Source: an uncultured bacterium
GTDB taxonomy: Bacteria; Fidelibacterota; Marinisomatia; Marinisomatales; UBA1611
Assembly (NCBI GenBank): GCA_965660855.1
Contig: CBFIBM010000001.1
Coordinates: 352,798 to 416,797 of the forward strand
Reading direction: 5' to 3'
Length of the DNA: 64,000 nucleotides
Program-made: the position numbers and the translations under genes
Part shown: in pieces, positions 9,745 to 21,009 of the stretch
Layout of the letters: every line of letters begins with the position of its first letter
Position numbering within the stretch: the stretch's first letter is position 1
The notes under the pieces: generated by a model
The model's database searches: none
What the model saw: the letters and a program-made list of their open reading frames with translations, nothing else
What the model was told of the DNA's origin: nothing

Positions 9745-10290
9745 ATGTATTTTATGAAATTCATTAAGCTTCCATGTATTGTTCTAGTTTCAAGCCTGTT
9801 AATTTTTTCTCAATCTAGTTTAGAAAGACAACTGAAAGAATTAGATGAATTAAGGGCAAAGCTTGATGGGTTAAAATCAATAGAAACTAAAGAAAATAAT
9901 AATGGTATGAGTGAAATTGATATTTGGTCATTCATAAAATCTTCATGGGAGAGTCAGCTTAAAGGTGAAGATTGGGTTTCAAAATTTTGCTCAGATGAGG
10001 TTTCTTATTGGAATTCTGAACTACCGATACCATATGATATTGAATCGTTAGCTAGAATTTCATCTTATAAAAAAAATAATACAAAAATGCTTTTTTACGA
10101 TATAAATGAAATTAAAATATTAGTGAAATCAAAGCTAGCATTAGTGTTCTATTATTACAATTCTGAAATTTTAGATGCGAGTGGCAGAATTATCAAGAAC
10201 CAAGGGAAAATATCCGATGTAGTAATATTAGAAAATAATCTCTTGAAAATTATATCAAGAATAGAAAATCCGCTTAAGGTTATTGAATAA
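9745..10290 (+). CDS. Secreted NTF2/SnoaL-like (DUF4440-like) protein
   Basis: Signal peptide, coiled coil, then helix plus beta strands (LALVFYYY, GKISDVVI). Confidence 0.5.
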   Translation: MYFMKFIKLPCIVLVSSLLIFSQSSLERQLKELDELRAKLDGLKSIETKENNNGMSEIDIWSFIKSSWESQLKGEDWVSKFCSDEVSYWNSELPIPYDIESLARISSYKKNNTKMLFYDINEIKILVKSKLALVFYYYNSEILDASGRIIKNQGKISDVVILENNLLKIISRIENPLKVIE

Positions 10291-10293
10291 ATA

Positions 10294-10803
10294 GTGCACT
10301 TTGTTTTTAAATATATTTTTTTTATTTCTTTTGTAATTTTTTTTTCATGTAATAGTGATTTGAAAGATAATGCAGGTCTTTTGAAGAGCAACCCAACTGG
10401 GTTTTATGGCGAAAGTTATAAGCCTGATGTTAATTATGATATTTCATCTCTACTAAATGACTCAGATGATTTAATAGGTGAAATTGTTGAGGTTCAAGGC
10501 AGGGTGACTGAAGTCTGTCCATTAAGAGGTTGTTGGGTGAAAATTTCCGATATTTCTAAAAAAGAAACAATTAGAGTAAAAGTTGACGATGGTGAAATTA
10601 TTTTTCCTCTTTCAGCGCTTGATAGAATAATTAATGTCAAGGGAATTTTTAAAAAAATTTTATTTACTGAAGAGCAAGCAATTAATTGGAAGGTTCATCT
10701 CGCCGAGGAAAAGGGAATACCTATAAAGCCTGAAATGGTAATAATAAATGAAGAAGATTTATTTGAATTTAGGATTGACTGTTCTTCAGCTCAAATTTTC
10801 TAA
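10294..10803 (+). CDS. DUF4920-like lipoprotein
   Basis: FFSC lipobox; VQGRVTEVCPLRGCWV; IRVKVDDGEIIFP. Confidence 0.75.
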   Translation: MHFVFKYIFFISFVIFFSCNSDLKDNAGLLKSNPTGFYGESYKPDVNYDISSLLNDSDDLIGEIVEVQGRVTEVCPLRGCWVKISDISKKETIRVKVDDGEIIFPLSALDRIINVKGIFKKILFTEEQAINWKVHLAEEKGIPIKPEMVIINEEDLFEFRIDCSSAQIF

Positions 10804-10811
10804 TAATTAAA

Positions 10812-11210
10812 TTGATTAAAAGTCATATGATTGGTGTAGTAGGCGGAATAATTAAGAAAGATCAAAAAGTTTTGATATGTAGAAGAAACCTAAATCAACC
10901 AATGCCCGGATATTGGGAGTTTCCTGGTGGAAAAATTGAATTTGGAGAAACTGAGAAAGAATGTCTTAGAAGGGAATTAAAAGAAGAATTAGATATTAAC
11001 TCAAAAGTCGGTACTTTAATTAGCAATTATAAATATAATTATTCTGAAAAATCTTTTAATTTATTTTTTTATAATATTTCTAGTTACAAAGGAAAAATTA
11101 AAAATAGAGTTCACGATAAAATAATTTGGGAAAAAATAGAAAATTTTAAAAAGTATAAATTTCTTCCTGGTGATGTACCTTTAATAAATGAATTTCTAAA
11201 GCTAAAATAA
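10812..11210 (+). CDS. mutT: Nudix hydrolase, MutT/NudG family
   Basis: WEFPGGKIEFGETEKECLRRELKEELDI Nudix box. Confidence 0.85.
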   Translation: MIKSHMIGVVGGIIKKDQKVLICRRNLNQPMPGYWEFPGGKIEFGETEKECLRRELKEELDINSKVGTLISNYKYNYSEKSFNLFFYNISSYKGKIKNRVHDKIIWEKIENFKKYKFLPGDVPLINEFLKLK

Positions 11211-11216
11211 TTAACA

Positions 11217-12275
11217 ATGGAGAAATACAGGAAAATAATTCATGTAGATATGGATGCTTTTTATGCTTCAGTTGAAGTATTAGATAATCCTGAATTAATT
11301 GGAAAGGCTGTAGTTGTTGGCAGTGATAGTAATAGAGGAGTTATTGCAGCTGCATCTTATGAAGCTCGCAAATATGGTATTCGATCAGCTATGGCATCAG
11401 TAACAGCTAAAAAAAAATGTAAAAGTTTAATTTTTATAAAACCAAGAATGAATCGGTATCGTGAAGTTTCAAAGCAAATTAAAAATATTTTTTTTGAATA
11501 TACAAATTTAGTAGAACCTTTATCTTTGGATGAAGCTTATTTAGATGTCAGTAATCATAAGATACTGGCAAGTGATATAGCATTTTTAATAAGAAAAAAG
11601 ATTTTTAAAAATATAGGAATTACAGCCTCGGCAGGGATATCAATCAATAAATTTGTTGCTAAGATGGCTACAAACTGCAATAAACCGAATGGTCAAAAAA
11701 CAATACATCCTCTGAAAGTAAATACTTTTATAGACAGCCTACCGATAGATAAATTCTTTGGTATTGGCAAAGTTACTGCAAAAAAAATGAGAAATTTTAA
11801 TATTCATACTGGATCAGATCTACGAAAATTAGACTTACCTTTTTTAATTAAAAATTTTGGTAAATCAGGTAAGAAATATTTTGATGTAATTAGAAATAAT
11901 AGTATCAGCCCAGTGAATCCAAATCGCATAAGAAAATCTATTGGAGTAGAACACACTTTTAAACAAGATCTTGTATCAGTTGACTCCATGAAAGTAGAGC
12001 TTCAAAAATTATGTGAAGAATTAGAAGGAAGAATGAAGAAAAAGAAAAAAAAAGGAAGAACCATTACATTGAAACTCAAGTATAGTGACTTTACTCAATT
12101 AACCAGAAGCCATACAAAAAATGAATATATAAAAAACCAATCTGAAATTATTAAAATCTGCAAACAGTTTTTATATGAGCTCGACCTCAGTAAACCAGTT
12201 AGATTATTAGGGGTATCTCTTTCAAAATTAAATTTACATAATAATTATACAAATCAAATAAACCTTAATTTTTAA
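11217..12275 (+). CDS. dinB: DNA polymerase IV
   Basis: HVDMDAFYASVE, ASYEAR, PLSLDEAYLD, VRLLGV. Confidence 0.97.
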   Translation: MEKYRKIIHVDMDAFYASVEVLDNPELIGKAVVVGSDSNRGVIAAASYEARKYGIRSAMASVTAKKKCKSLIFIKPRMNRYREVSKQIKNIFFEYTNLVEPLSLDEAYLDVSNHKILASDIAFLIRKKIFKNIGITASAGISINKFVAKMATNCNKPNGQKTIHPLKVNTFIDSLPIDKFFGIGKVTAKKMRNFNIHTGSDLRKLDLPFLIKNFGKSGKKYFDVIRNNSISPVNPNRIRKSIGVEHTFKQDLVSVDSMKVELQKLCEELEGRMKKKKKKGRTITLKLKYSDFTQLTRSHTKNEYIKNQSEIIKICKQFLYELDLSKPVRLLGVSLSKLNLHNNYTNQINLNF

Positions 12276-12281
12276 CATTTA

Positions 12282-12857
12282 ATGGAAAAAAAATATAATT
12301 TTCAAAAAATAAATATTGATAAAATAGGAAATTTTTATTTAAGATATAGTAAAAAGATAAAACGAATTAAAATATCAATTAATCTGATCGGTGATCTTTT
12401 GGTTGTGGTTCCAAATCATAATACTTATGAAGATGCAATTAGATTTATAAACTCGAATATTAAATGGATAACAAAAAATAAAAATAAAACTTTTAGTAAA
12501 AAGATAAATATCATTAGTTTCAATTTTAATAAGGATTCATTGGCTGATTTTAAACTAAAAATAAAATTAAAAGTGGACCAAATTTGCGTGAAATATAATT
12601 TTAAGTATAATAAAATCTATTTTAAAAATATGATTTCTAGATGGGGAAGTTGCAGTAGCAAAAATAATATTTCTTTTAATACTTTGATGTATCACTTAAA
12701 AGAGGATCTTCAAGATTATATCATTAAACATGAATTGTTACATACAAAAATTAAAAATCATAGCAATAAATATTGGAACGAGCTTGAAAAGATTTGTGAG
12801 GACTCTAGATATAAAAATGCGATTATTAAAAGATCGTATTTCATAAAACATTATTAA
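12282..12857 (+). CDS. YgjP/DUF45-type zinc metalloprotein
   Basis: SRWGSCS, YIIKHELLH, NHSNKYW. Confidence 0.85.
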   Translation: MEKKYNFQKINIDKIGNFYLRYSKKIKRIKISINLIGDLLVVVPNHNTYEDAIRFINSNIKWITKNKNKTFSKKINIISFNFNKDSLADFKLKIKLKVDQICVKYNFKYNKIYFKNMISRWGSCSSKNNISFNTLMYHLKEDLQDYIIKHELLHTKIKNHSNKYWNELEKICEDSRYKNAIIKRSYFIKHY

Positions 12858-12872
12858 CTTAAAATTTTCCTT

Positions 12873-12977
12873 GTGGATTATGATAAAAATGAATTAAAGA
12901 AAAGGTTGCCATTAAATATTATCGCAATTATTCTATCTGCATTATTAATTTATCTTTTCTTTTTATTAATCAAATAA
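12873..12977 (+). CDS. Possible 34-aa single-TM microprotein
   Basis: GTG-MDYDKNELKKRLPLNIIAIILSALLIYLFFLLIK-TAA in an intergenic gap; no clear SD. Confidence 0.3.
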   Translation: MDYDKNELKKRLPLNIIAIILSALLIYLFFLLIK

Positions 12978-13050
12978 TATAATTTATTGATGTCTTTATG
13001 ATTATAAAATATCAATTCAAATTTTAGTACATAGATGGCAATTATTTAAA

Positions 13051-13782
13051 ATGATTGATGCTCAGTTTTTTTTTATAACTATTTTATTGATTCTTTTTGT
13101 AGCTGGAACTTTTCACTTTAAGACACCAAAAGCTTCAATTCCATTATTTATTATATACATATATTTTGTATTTTTTTCAGATACAACTAATTATGCAGAT
13201 GAAATAATATTAACTGACAAGTCAGTTAATATTGAAAATAAACCTTATTCCTCAGATATAGATAGTAAGTCCAATGATATAATAATTAAGCCGGTAAAAC
13301 CAACGTTTGAACCTAAACCCCTAACATTTGATTTAGATAGAAAAAAACTTAGAAATGATAAAAAACAGGAAGAAGAATTAATAAATCCTAAACTGGAAAA
13401 TAAAAAAAATATTGTTGAAGAAAAAACGACCTTTCCTTCAAGTTCTGAACTTGTTTTAAAAGATATTATGATTTGTAAAAATATTGAACAAAGAACACCA
13501 GTTGGTGCTGATATCATTTTTACTAACAATGTTGATTCGCTTTATTGCTTTTCTAGAATTAAAAACCCTGGTGAAAAAAAAGAGATTAAGCATGCCTGGT
13601 ATTATGAAAATAGATTAATGACTCAGGTAAGGTACAATATAAAAAAATCCAATACATATCGTTCTTGGACAAAAAAAACTATTCTTCCTTCACAAATAGG
13701 TAATTGGCGTGTGGACATACATGATAATTATGGTACAATAATTGGAAGTAAAAAATTTAAAATTGTTGAAGTTGAAAATTAG
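13051..13782 (+). CDS. DUF2914 domain membrane protein
   Basis: N-terminal TMs; LYCFSRI, IKHAWYY, YRSWTKK, GNWRVDI. Confidence 0.8.
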   Translation: MIDAQFFFITILLILFVAGTFHFKTPKASIPLFIIYIYFVFFSDTTNYADEIILTDKSVNIENKPYSSDIDSKSNDIIIKPVKPTFEPKPLTFDLDRKKLRNDKKQEEELINPKLENKKNIVEEKTTFPSSSELVLKDIMICKNIEQRTPVGADIIFTNNVDSLYCFSRIKNPGEKKEIKHAWYYENRLMTQVRYNIKKSNTYRSWTKKTILPSQIGNWRVDIHDNYGTIIGSKKFKIVEVEN

Positions 13783-14707
13783 TTATTTTTACATAATCTT
13801 AATATTTACTTTTCTTTCTCATTCTTGTCAGCCAATAGAAAAAGAAAAATCAATTGAAATGAATTGGACATCATTTGATTTAGATATGCCAAAAGGTATC
13901 CAAATACTTCAAGGAGTTAATAAAGAAATCCCTCTTAAGGCTTGGGTTGCTATAGTTGATTTAAGTAATGAAAAAATTACAGCTAAAATTTTATCATCTT
14001 TCGATAAAGATAGAATGGAAACACCAAGTCAATTTATGCTAAATACTAATGCTCTTATAGTAATGAATGGAGGGTATTTTATTTCAAATAAAATACCAGC
14101 AAGCCATGTGGGTCTTTTAAAAACTGATGGAATTCTAAGGGAGCCTGCAAGTCCTTCACTGTTAAAAGATAACCTTAGGTATTTTATATCAAGGGGTGCA
14201 TTCGGTTTAAGTAGAGATGGCTTCCCAGATATAGCCTGGGCAACAACTAAAATGGACTCAATATTCCAATTAGTAAAGCCCATTAATAATCGTCCTGGAT
14301 TTGCAGCACATCCTATTCCAAAAGATGAGAAAATTCATTGGAATGTTTACGGAGCAATACATGCTGGGCCAGTTTTAATGTCGAATGGAGAGATAAATAT
14401 AACCCTTGAAGAAGAAGTTTTTTTTAATACCCCTATAGCAGGTGTACACCCTCGTTCTGCAATTGGATATACAAAAAAGAATGAATTAATAATGATGGTC
14501 GTCGATGGAAGACAGCCTGAAAGTAGAGGTGTATATTTAGAAGAATTAGCAATTATGCTTAAGTCGTTTAATTGTCATGAGGCTTTAAATTTAGATGGAG
14601 GTGGCTCAAGCGCTATTGTTGCAGATACTAGATTATTAAATAGACCTTCTGGTCTAACTTCTCAAAGAGAGGTTATGTCTGCAATAGGAATTTACTATAA
14701 TAAATAA
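13742..14707 (+). CDS. Phosphodiester glycosidase (NAGPA family); start uncertain
   Basis: NGGYF, HPRSAIG, VVDGRQ, ALNLDGGGSS. Confidence 0.9.
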   Translation: MEVKNLKLLKLKISYFYIILIFTFLSHSCQPIEKEKSIEMNWTSFDLDMPKGIQILQGVNKEIPLKAWVAIVDLSNEKITAKILSSFDKDRMETPSQFMLNTNALIVMNGGYFISNKIPASHVGLLKTDGILREPASPSLLKDNLRYFISRGAFGLSRDGFPDIAWATTKMDSIFQLVKPINNRPGFAAHPIPKDEKIHWNVYGAIHAGPVLMSNGEINITLEEEVFFNTPIAGVHPRSAIGYTKKNELIMMVVDGRQPESRGVYLEELAIMLKSFNCHEALNLDGGGSSAIVADTRLLNRPSGLTSQREVMSAIGIYYNK

Positions 14708-14708
14708 A

Positions 14709-15323
14709 ATGAATTTACTGAGAGAAGTATATGATTGGATTTTGACCTGGGCTGATAAACCTTCTGGGGGTAAAATTTTAGGAATGATTTCTGCTGCTGA
14801 AGCTTCTTTTTTCCCCATACCTCCTGATATTCTTTTGATACCTCTAGCTTTAGGAAATAGGAAGAAAGCTCTAATGTATGCAGCTATCTGCAGTGTTTCA
14901 TCTGTGATTGGTGCTATTGTTGGATATTCTATAGGTAAATGGCTTTGGTATTCTCAGCCAAATGTTTTTTCTGATTTTGCAGAATTTTTTTTCCTTCATA
15001 TTCCGGGTTTTTCTCATGATTCATTTGAAAAAATAAAAGTACTTTATGAAAAATATAACTTCTTAATTATATTTACTGCAGGCTTTACTCCTATACCGTT
15101 TAAACTTTTTACAGTAAGCGCAGGAGCTTTTAATATCAATTTATTTTTATTTTTTCTAGCTTCAACTGTTAGTAGAGGTGCAAGATTTTTTATCATTGCT
15201 TTTCTAATAAAATATTTTGGAGAACCAGTTAAATTATTAATAGATAAGTATTTTAATATTTTAGCTATTTTATTTACACTATTTTTAATATTTGGATTTG
15301 TATTATTAAAATATATTTTGTGA
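14709..15323 (+). CDS. YqaA/DedA family membrane protein
   Basis: EASFFPIPPDILL; AGFTPIPFKLFT; SRGARF. Confidence 0.9.
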   Translation: MNLLREVYDWILTWADKPSGGKILGMISAAEASFFPIPPDILLIPLALGNRKKALMYAAICSVSSVIGAIVGYSIGKWLWYSQPNVFSDFAEFFFLHIPGFSHDSFEKIKVLYEKYNFLIIFTAGFTPIPFKLFTVSAGAFNINLFLFFLASTVSRGARFFIIAFLIKYFGEPVKLLIDKYFNILAILFTLFLIFGFVLLKYIL

Positions 15324-15372
15324 TTACATAAGACTTATTGATTTTCATAAAATCAACTTTTATATTATAGAT

Positions 15373-15924
15373 ATGTATAAAGAAGATCATAGTCACTCAG
15401 AAGAAGATAGTCGGTGGTATAAGGAGATCGAATCTAGGGAAATAGATTCCGATCTTATGAGGGCAGTTAGTATTAATGATCCAATCTCTAAAATTGGCCT
15501 TATTGAACCTCCTATTGTTGAAGTTGGTACCAGTCTAAAAAATGCACTAAACCTTCTCCAAAAAGAACAAAAAAACTGTCTTTTAATCTTAGAAAATGAT
15601 TCATTAGTTGGTATTCTCACAGAACGGGATATATTATTAAAGGTTACAGGTAAAGGTTATGACTTTGGTTTAGTTACAGTTGATGAGTTCATGACAGCTA
15701 ATCCCGAATACCTTAACCCTGAAGATCCACTTGCATATGCACTTAATAAAATGCACGTTGGTGGTTTTAGGCATGTTCCAATTTTAAATGCCTCACGTAA
15801 GCCAATTGGACTCATAAGCATAAACAATATTATTTCAACCATTGCAGATTATTTTAGTCGTGAAATCATAAATCTTCCTCCACTAAATAGAATAGTAGAC
15901 TCCAAAATGAGAGAGGGTGGATAA
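15373..15924 (+). CDS. CBS domain protein
   Basis: LVGILTERDILLKV; MHVGGFRHVPI. Confidence 0.9.
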   Translation: MYKEDHSHSEEDSRWYKEIESREIDSDLMRAVSINDPISKIGLIEPPIVEVGTSLKNALNLLQKEQKNCLLILENDSLVGILTERDILLKVTGKGYDFGLVTVDEFMTANPEYLNPEDPLAYALNKMHVGGFRHVPILNASRKPIGLISINNIISTIADYFSREIINLPPLNRIVDSKMREGG

Positions 15925-16675
15925 ATATTTAACTTTTTACCAAATTTTTAATAGAAAAAGAAATATTTCAAAATCTTTTTTACTCTTATTATCAATTCTA
16001 TTAAGCCAAGATTTCAGGGATCCTCAATTCAATATTAATTTTGATAATTACATTGATGTTCTAGATGAAAACCTATCAGCTTCTTTCTTTGGCGAAATAT
16101 CGAGTAACCAAATAGATGATTTAAATATAAATTGCATAGTAAACTTCAATAATCTTCCACAAGATTGGGTCTTTGCTACTTGCATAAATACTAATTGCTA
16201 TAGCTCAAATATTGACACAATAGTTTTTCCTTTAAGCTCTAATCTACCATCTAATATAAGAATTGATGTAGCAGCTACCACTTTAGATATAGGTAACATT
16301 GAGCTCGAATTTTTCGATGAAAATAGCCCTACAGAAAAACTATACTCTTCTTTAACAATTTCAAATTATTTATCAGAAATAAATACTGATTTTAGATTTA
16401 AAAATTTTCACTTAATTGCTTACCCTAATCCTTTTAATAGTAATTTAAATATAAAAATTGCTAGCAAAATTTCAGAATTTGTCTCAATTAGTATTTTTAA
16501 TGTAAAAGGTGAATCAGTTAAGGTCTTTGATGATTTTCAAGTCTACTCCGGAGAAACTATTTTAAAGTGGTCTGGTATTAATAGTTATGGAAATGAAATT
16601 CAATCAGGAATTTATTTCATCCTTATTAAGGGTAATTTTTTTAAGGATTATATTGAAGTACTTTATATAAAATAA
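15917..16675 (+). CDS. Secreted protein with C-terminal FlgD/Por-type sorting domain
   Basis: AYPNPFNS, IFNVKGE, WSGINSYGNEIQSGIYF. Confidence 0.75.
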   Translation: MDKYLTFYQIFNRKRNISKSFLLLLSILLSQDFRDPQFNINFDNYIDVLDENLSASFFGEISSNQIDDLNINCIVNFNNLPQDWVFATCINTNCYSSNIDTIVFPLSSNLPSNIRIDVAATTLDIGNIELEFFDENSPTEKLYSSLTISNYLSEINTDFRFKNFHLIAYPNPFNSNLNIKIASKISEFVSISIFNVKGESVKVFDDFQVYSGETILKWSGINSYGNEIQSGIYFILIKGNFFKDYIEVLYIK

Positions 16676-16701
16676 ATATTATAATTTTTTATGGAGGTTA
16701 T

Positions 16702-18057
16702 ATGCTCATAGTAAGAATAATCATTTTTTATATATTATTTTTTAATCTAATTATTTCTAAGACATTAAATGATAAATATACAGATATTTCTCTTCAAATT
16801 ATTTCACAAGCATTAACGGATAGTACAGCATATCATAGGCTTGCTCATATGTGCGACAAATTTGGACCACGTTTGAGTGGAAGCTCTAACCTTGAAAATT
16901 CAATTAATTGGATTTTAAAAGAAATGAAGAATGATGGTTTGGATAATGTAAAAGGCGAAAGAGTACGGGTACCAGTTTGGAAAAGAGGGGATGAATATAT
17001 TAGGTTATTGAAACCACATATAAGAGAATTAAACATGCTAGGACTAGGTGGTAGCGTTCCTACTCCTAAGGGTGGTATAGTTGCTGACCTTATTGTAGTT
17101 GAAAATTTTGATGAGTTGAAAGAAAAAAAAGATAAGGTCAAAGGGAAAATTGTTCTATACAATTGCTCTTTTACAAATTATGGTGAAACGGTAGCATATA
17201 GATATTTTGGAGCTATTGAGGCTGCTAAATATGGAGCAGTTGCTAGTTTAGTAAGATCAATAGGACCTTGGTCAATGGATACACCGCATACGGGATTAAT
17301 GGGATATGATAACAATATAAAAAAAATACCACATGCTGCTATAACGATGGAGGATGCGATGAGTTTCAGTCGGCTTTATAAAAGTGGAGAAAAGATCACA
17401 TTAAAAATTAAAATGGATGCTAAAACGGGTGGAGATGGTTGGTCTAGGAATGTAATTTCTGAAATAAGAGGATCAAAATACCCAGATGAAATTATTGTAA
17501 TTGGTGGTCATATTGATTCATGGGATGTTGGACAGGGAGCTCATGATGATGGAGGCGCTTGCATTGCTTCTTGGGAGGTTTTAAGAATTATTAAATTATT
17601 AGGTTTAAAGCCTAAGAGAACTATAAGGTGCGTATTATGGACAAATGAAGAAAATGGTTTGATGGGCGCACAGGCGTATAGGGACATGCATCTTGATGAA
17701 ATGAAAAAACACATAGTTGCAATAGAATCTGATGGAGGTGTATTTGCCCCTGAAGGTTTTGGGTTTACTGGAAATGAAAAAGATTTTGAATTGATAAAAG
17801 ATATACATGAACTCTTAAAACCTTTAAAAGCAAATAATGCAACAAAAGGTGGTTTAGCTGCAGATATCGGTCCTTTACATGATGAGGGTGTTCCTGTGAT
17901 GTCCTTGAAGGTGAATTCTTCAAAGTATTTTTGGTACCATCATTCACCAGCAGATACGTTTGATAAGGTTGATTTTATTGAATTTAATAGCTGCGTGGCT
18001 TCAATGGCTATAATGGCATTTACCTTAGCAGATCTTGAAGAGACATTATCACGATAA
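16702..18057 (+). CDS. M28 peptidase, carboxypeptidase Q-like
   Basis: GPRLSGS; GGHIDSWDVGQGAHDDG; NEENG; YFWYHHS. Confidence 0.93.
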   Translation: MLIVRIIIFYILFFNLIISKTLNDKYTDISLQIISQALTDSTAYHRLAHMCDKFGPRLSGSSNLENSINWILKEMKNDGLDNVKGERVRVPVWKRGDEYIRLLKPHIRELNMLGLGGSVPTPKGGIVADLIVVENFDELKEKKDKVKGKIVLYNCSFTNYGETVAYRYFGAIEAAKYGAVASLVRSIGPWSMDTPHTGLMGYDNNIKKIPHAAITMEDAMSFSRLYKSGEKITLKIKMDAKTGGDGWSRNVISEIRGSKYPDEIIVIGGHIDSWDVGQGAHDDGGACIASWEVLRIIKLLGLKPKRTIRCVLWTNEENGLMGAQAYRDMHLDEMKKHIVAIESDGGVFAPEGFGFTGNEKDFELIKDIHELLKPLKANNATKGGLAADIGPLHDEGVPVMSLKVNSSKYFWYHHSPADTFDKVDFIEFNSCVASMAIMAFTLADLEETLSR

Positions 18058-18137
18058 TTTCTTATTAAAGATGGAGATTTTATTATTTAAAAAACCTTAT
18101 ATTTTCACCTATTTTTAATAACATATGGTGTTTTTTT

Positions 18138-19469
18138 ATGTCTAAAGTTGAAATAACAGGTTATGGTGATGATTTAACTGTAAATGGAATAAGAATTGGA
18201 GATCTTACTCCTTCTCAGCATGAAAAAATAGAAATGGATAAAGGTGGACAAAATTATTCACCATTAGAGGATGTTGTTGTCTCTAAAGTAAAAGATTCTT
18301 CAACATTAATAGCAAGAAAACCTGATCCAAGTGATATAAGTAAATACATTGAATCTGATCTCTTAGATGGGCTTTGTTGTTACTCAGCTGTTAATCAAGG
18401 GCAACTTAATCAAACTATAGTGGATTCTGTCATCCATCATTTAAAGAATGAAAAGCTACCTACAGTTCCCAGGTCCATAAGACATAAATATATGAGTGCA
18501 TTTTTATTAGCAGCAACTGGAATTTCTGATATGGACAAAGTAGTACCTAAAGTTGCTGGTGTGGAATCTTGGGAGCTTACATTTAAAATTTGCAGGCGAT
18601 GGGGTTATATGGTTAAAGGAATCCCTAAAGATCAAGGTATTATGGTTGGAGCTACAGGAAACTTTCATGGAAGATCACTTGCGGCTGTTTCTATGTCTGA
18701 TGATCCGGATTCTAGAAAAGGGTTTGGTCCATTTGTTCCTGGAATTGAACTAGTAAAATTTAATGATATAGATTCCCTAAAATCTTTATTTGAAGAAAAA
18801 GGTGATAGAATCGCAGCTTTTATGGTTGAACCTATTCAAGGAGAGGCAGGAGTTATCGTTCCAGATGATAAATATCTGCCTCGAGTTTCCGAATTATGTA
18901 AAAAATATAACATATTACTAGCCGTAGATGAGGTTCAAACTGGATTTGGAAGAACTGGTGCACATTTTGCACATCAATTATATAATATCAAACCTGACAT
19001 TATGGGATGTGGTAAAGCTGCCGGTGGAGGAATTTTACCAGTATCCTTTGTTGCAGGTAGAAAAGAGGTTATAGATGTGTTAACCCCTGGAAGCGAAGGA
19101 TCTACTTTCGGTGGATATCCACTAGCATCAGTTGTTGGTACTTACGCTATTAAAGTTTTGATTGATGAGGGTTTAGCGCAAAATGCCAAGGAAAAAGGTC
19201 AAAGGTTATTGCAAAATTTAGAAGAAATTAAATTAAATTATCCAGATAAAATTATGGAAGTAAGGGGTAAAGGTTTATTAACGGCATTTGAGATGCATAA
19301 TGAAAAACATTTAGATGGACATGCAATATCTGTTGGTCTGTTGGAAAAAGGTGTATATGCTAAAGAGACACATCATACTACTGTAAGAATTGCACCAGCT
19401 TTAACAATTTCTAATGAACAAATTGATATCTTATCAGAAACTATAAATGCAGTTATAAAAGGATTATAA
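18138..19469 (+). CDS. rocD: Ornithine aminotransferase (class III PLP enzyme)
   Basis: [38 protein letters not shown]. Confidence 0.8.
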   Translation: MSKVEITGYGDDLTVNGIRIGDLTPSQHEKIEMDKGGQNYSPLEDVVVSKVKDSSTLIARKPDPSDISKYIESDLLDGLCCYSAVNQGQLNQTIVDSVIHHLKNEKLPTVPRSIRHKYMSAFLLAATGISDMDKVVPKVAGVESWELTFKICRRWGYMVKGIPKDQGIMVGATGNFHGRSLAAVSMSDDPDSRKGFGPFVPGIELVKFNDIDSLKSLFEEKGDRIAAFMVEPIQGEAGVIVPDDKYLPRVSELCKKYNILLAVDEVQTGFGRTGAHFAHQLYNIKPDIMGCGKAAGGGILPVSFVAGRKEVIDVLTPGSEGSTFGGYPLASVVGTYAIKVLIDEGLAQNAKEKGQRLLQNLEEIKLNYPDKIMEVRGKGLLTAFEMHNEKHLDGHAISVGLLEKGVYAKETHHTTVRIAPALTISNEQIDILSETINAVIKGL

Positions 19470-19473
19470 CAAA

Positions 19474-20991
19474 ATGAGTATATTAGAAACTTTAGGGATT
19501 AAAGAACTTAATTATGGGGCTTGTTTCGGTCCAGATGGATGGATAAATACTAAAAATAATGGAAATATTATTTCTACAAACCCAACAAATAATCAGGAAA
19601 TTGCATCTGTAAATAACTGTAGTATAGAAGATTATAAACTAGTAGTTAATAAATCACTTGAAGCACAAAAAGAGTGGTCTAAAGTTCCTGCGCCTGAAAG
19701 AGGACAATTGGTCAGAAGAATGGGAAATGCTCTTCGAGATTACAAGGATCCATTAGGTAGTTTAGTCTCCCTAGAAATGGGGAAAATTAAACAAGAGGGA
19801 GATGGCGAGGTTCAAGAGATGATCGATATAGCTGACTTCGCTGTAGGTCAATCCAGGATGCTGTACGGAAAAACCATGCATTCTGAAAGAGTTGAGCATA
19901 GAATGTATGAGCAATGGCATCCAGTTGGAATTGTTGGTGTTATAAGCGCATTTAATTTTCCAGTTGCTGTATGGAGTTGGAATGCTTTTATTGCTGCTAT
20001 CTGTGGTAATTCAACAATCTGGAAACCTTCTCCATCTACGCCACTATGCGCTATAGCAGTGCAGAATATATGTAATGAAGTTTTATCTGCGAGTAATATG
20101 CCTAGCATTTTTAGTACTGTGATAGGCCCTGGATCAGTTATAGGGGAAGAAATGATTAATGATAAAAACATATCATTAGTCTCTTTTACGGGATCAACAA
20201 AAGTTGGAAGGCATGTAAATGAAATGGTTTCTAAAAGGTTTGGAAAAGTAATTTTAGAGTTAGGAGGAAATAACTGTATAATTGTAGATGAAAGTGCAGA
20301 TATGAATTTAGTAATTCCTGCTATAGTTTTTGGTGCTGTCGGAACTGCTGGGCAAAGATGTACAAGTACAAGACGTGTTTTAGTGCATCATAGCAAATAT
20401 AATGAATTAAAAACGAAGTTAATTTCTGCCTACAAACAGGTGAATATTGGAGATCCACTTGATCCAGACACACTTATGGGACCGTTAGTAGATGCAGCTG
20501 CTATTGATAATTTCGAAAAAGCTATAACAAGAGCTAAAAAATTAGGTGGAGATGTTATCTATGGAGGTGATAAACTCAATCTTGGGGGTAATTTTATTAA
20601 TCCGACTATCATAAAAGCTGAAAACGATTGGAAAGTTGTCCAAGAAGAAACGTTCGCCTCAATTTTATATTTGATGACATTTGAAAAATTAAAAGACGCT
20701 ATTTTTTTACAAAATGATGTTCCTCAAGGCTTATCTTCTTCTATTTTTACTTTAAATATCAGAAGTGCCGAATTATTTTTATCTTCCCAAGGTTCAGATT
20801 GTGGAATTGCTAATGTTAATATAGGCACATCTGGGGCAGAAATTGGTGGAGCTTTTGGAGGTGAAAAAGAAACTGGTGGTGGAAGAGAATCTGGATCGGA
20901 TAGCTGGAAACAATACATGCGTAGACAAACAAATACAATTAATTGGAGCAAAAAACTCCCTTTAGCTCAAGGTATTAAGTTTGATATTTAA
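19474..20991 (+). CDS. pcd: Alpha-aminoadipate semialdehyde/piperideine-6-carboxylate dehydrogenase (ALDH7 family)
   Basis: [52 protein letters not shown]. Confidence 0.9.
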   Translation: MSILETLGIKELNYGACFGPDGWINTKNNGNIISTNPTNNQEIASVNNCSIEDYKLVVNKSLEAQKEWSKVPAPERGQLVRRMGNALRDYKDPLGSLVSLEMGKIKQEGDGEVQEMIDIADFAVGQSRMLYGKTMHSERVEHRMYEQWHPVGIVGVISAFNFPVAVWSWNAFIAAICGNSTIWKPSPSTPLCAIAVQNICNEVLSASNMPSIFSTVIGPGSVIGEEMINDKNISLVSFTGSTKVGRHVNEMVSKRFGKVILELGGNNCIIVDESADMNLVIPAIVFGAVGTAGQRCTSTRRVLVHHSKYNELKTKLISAYKQVNIGDPLDPDTLMGPLVDAAAIDNFEKAITRAKKLGGDVIYGGDKLNLGGNFINPTIIKAENDWKVVQEETFASILYLMTFEKLKDAIFLQNDVPQGLSSSIFTLNIRSAELFLSSQGSDCGIANVNIGTSGAEIGGAFGGEKETGGGRESGSDSWKQYMRRQTNTINWSKKLPLAQGIKFDI

Positions 20992-21009
20992 TTCAACTAT
21001 AGGATATAA

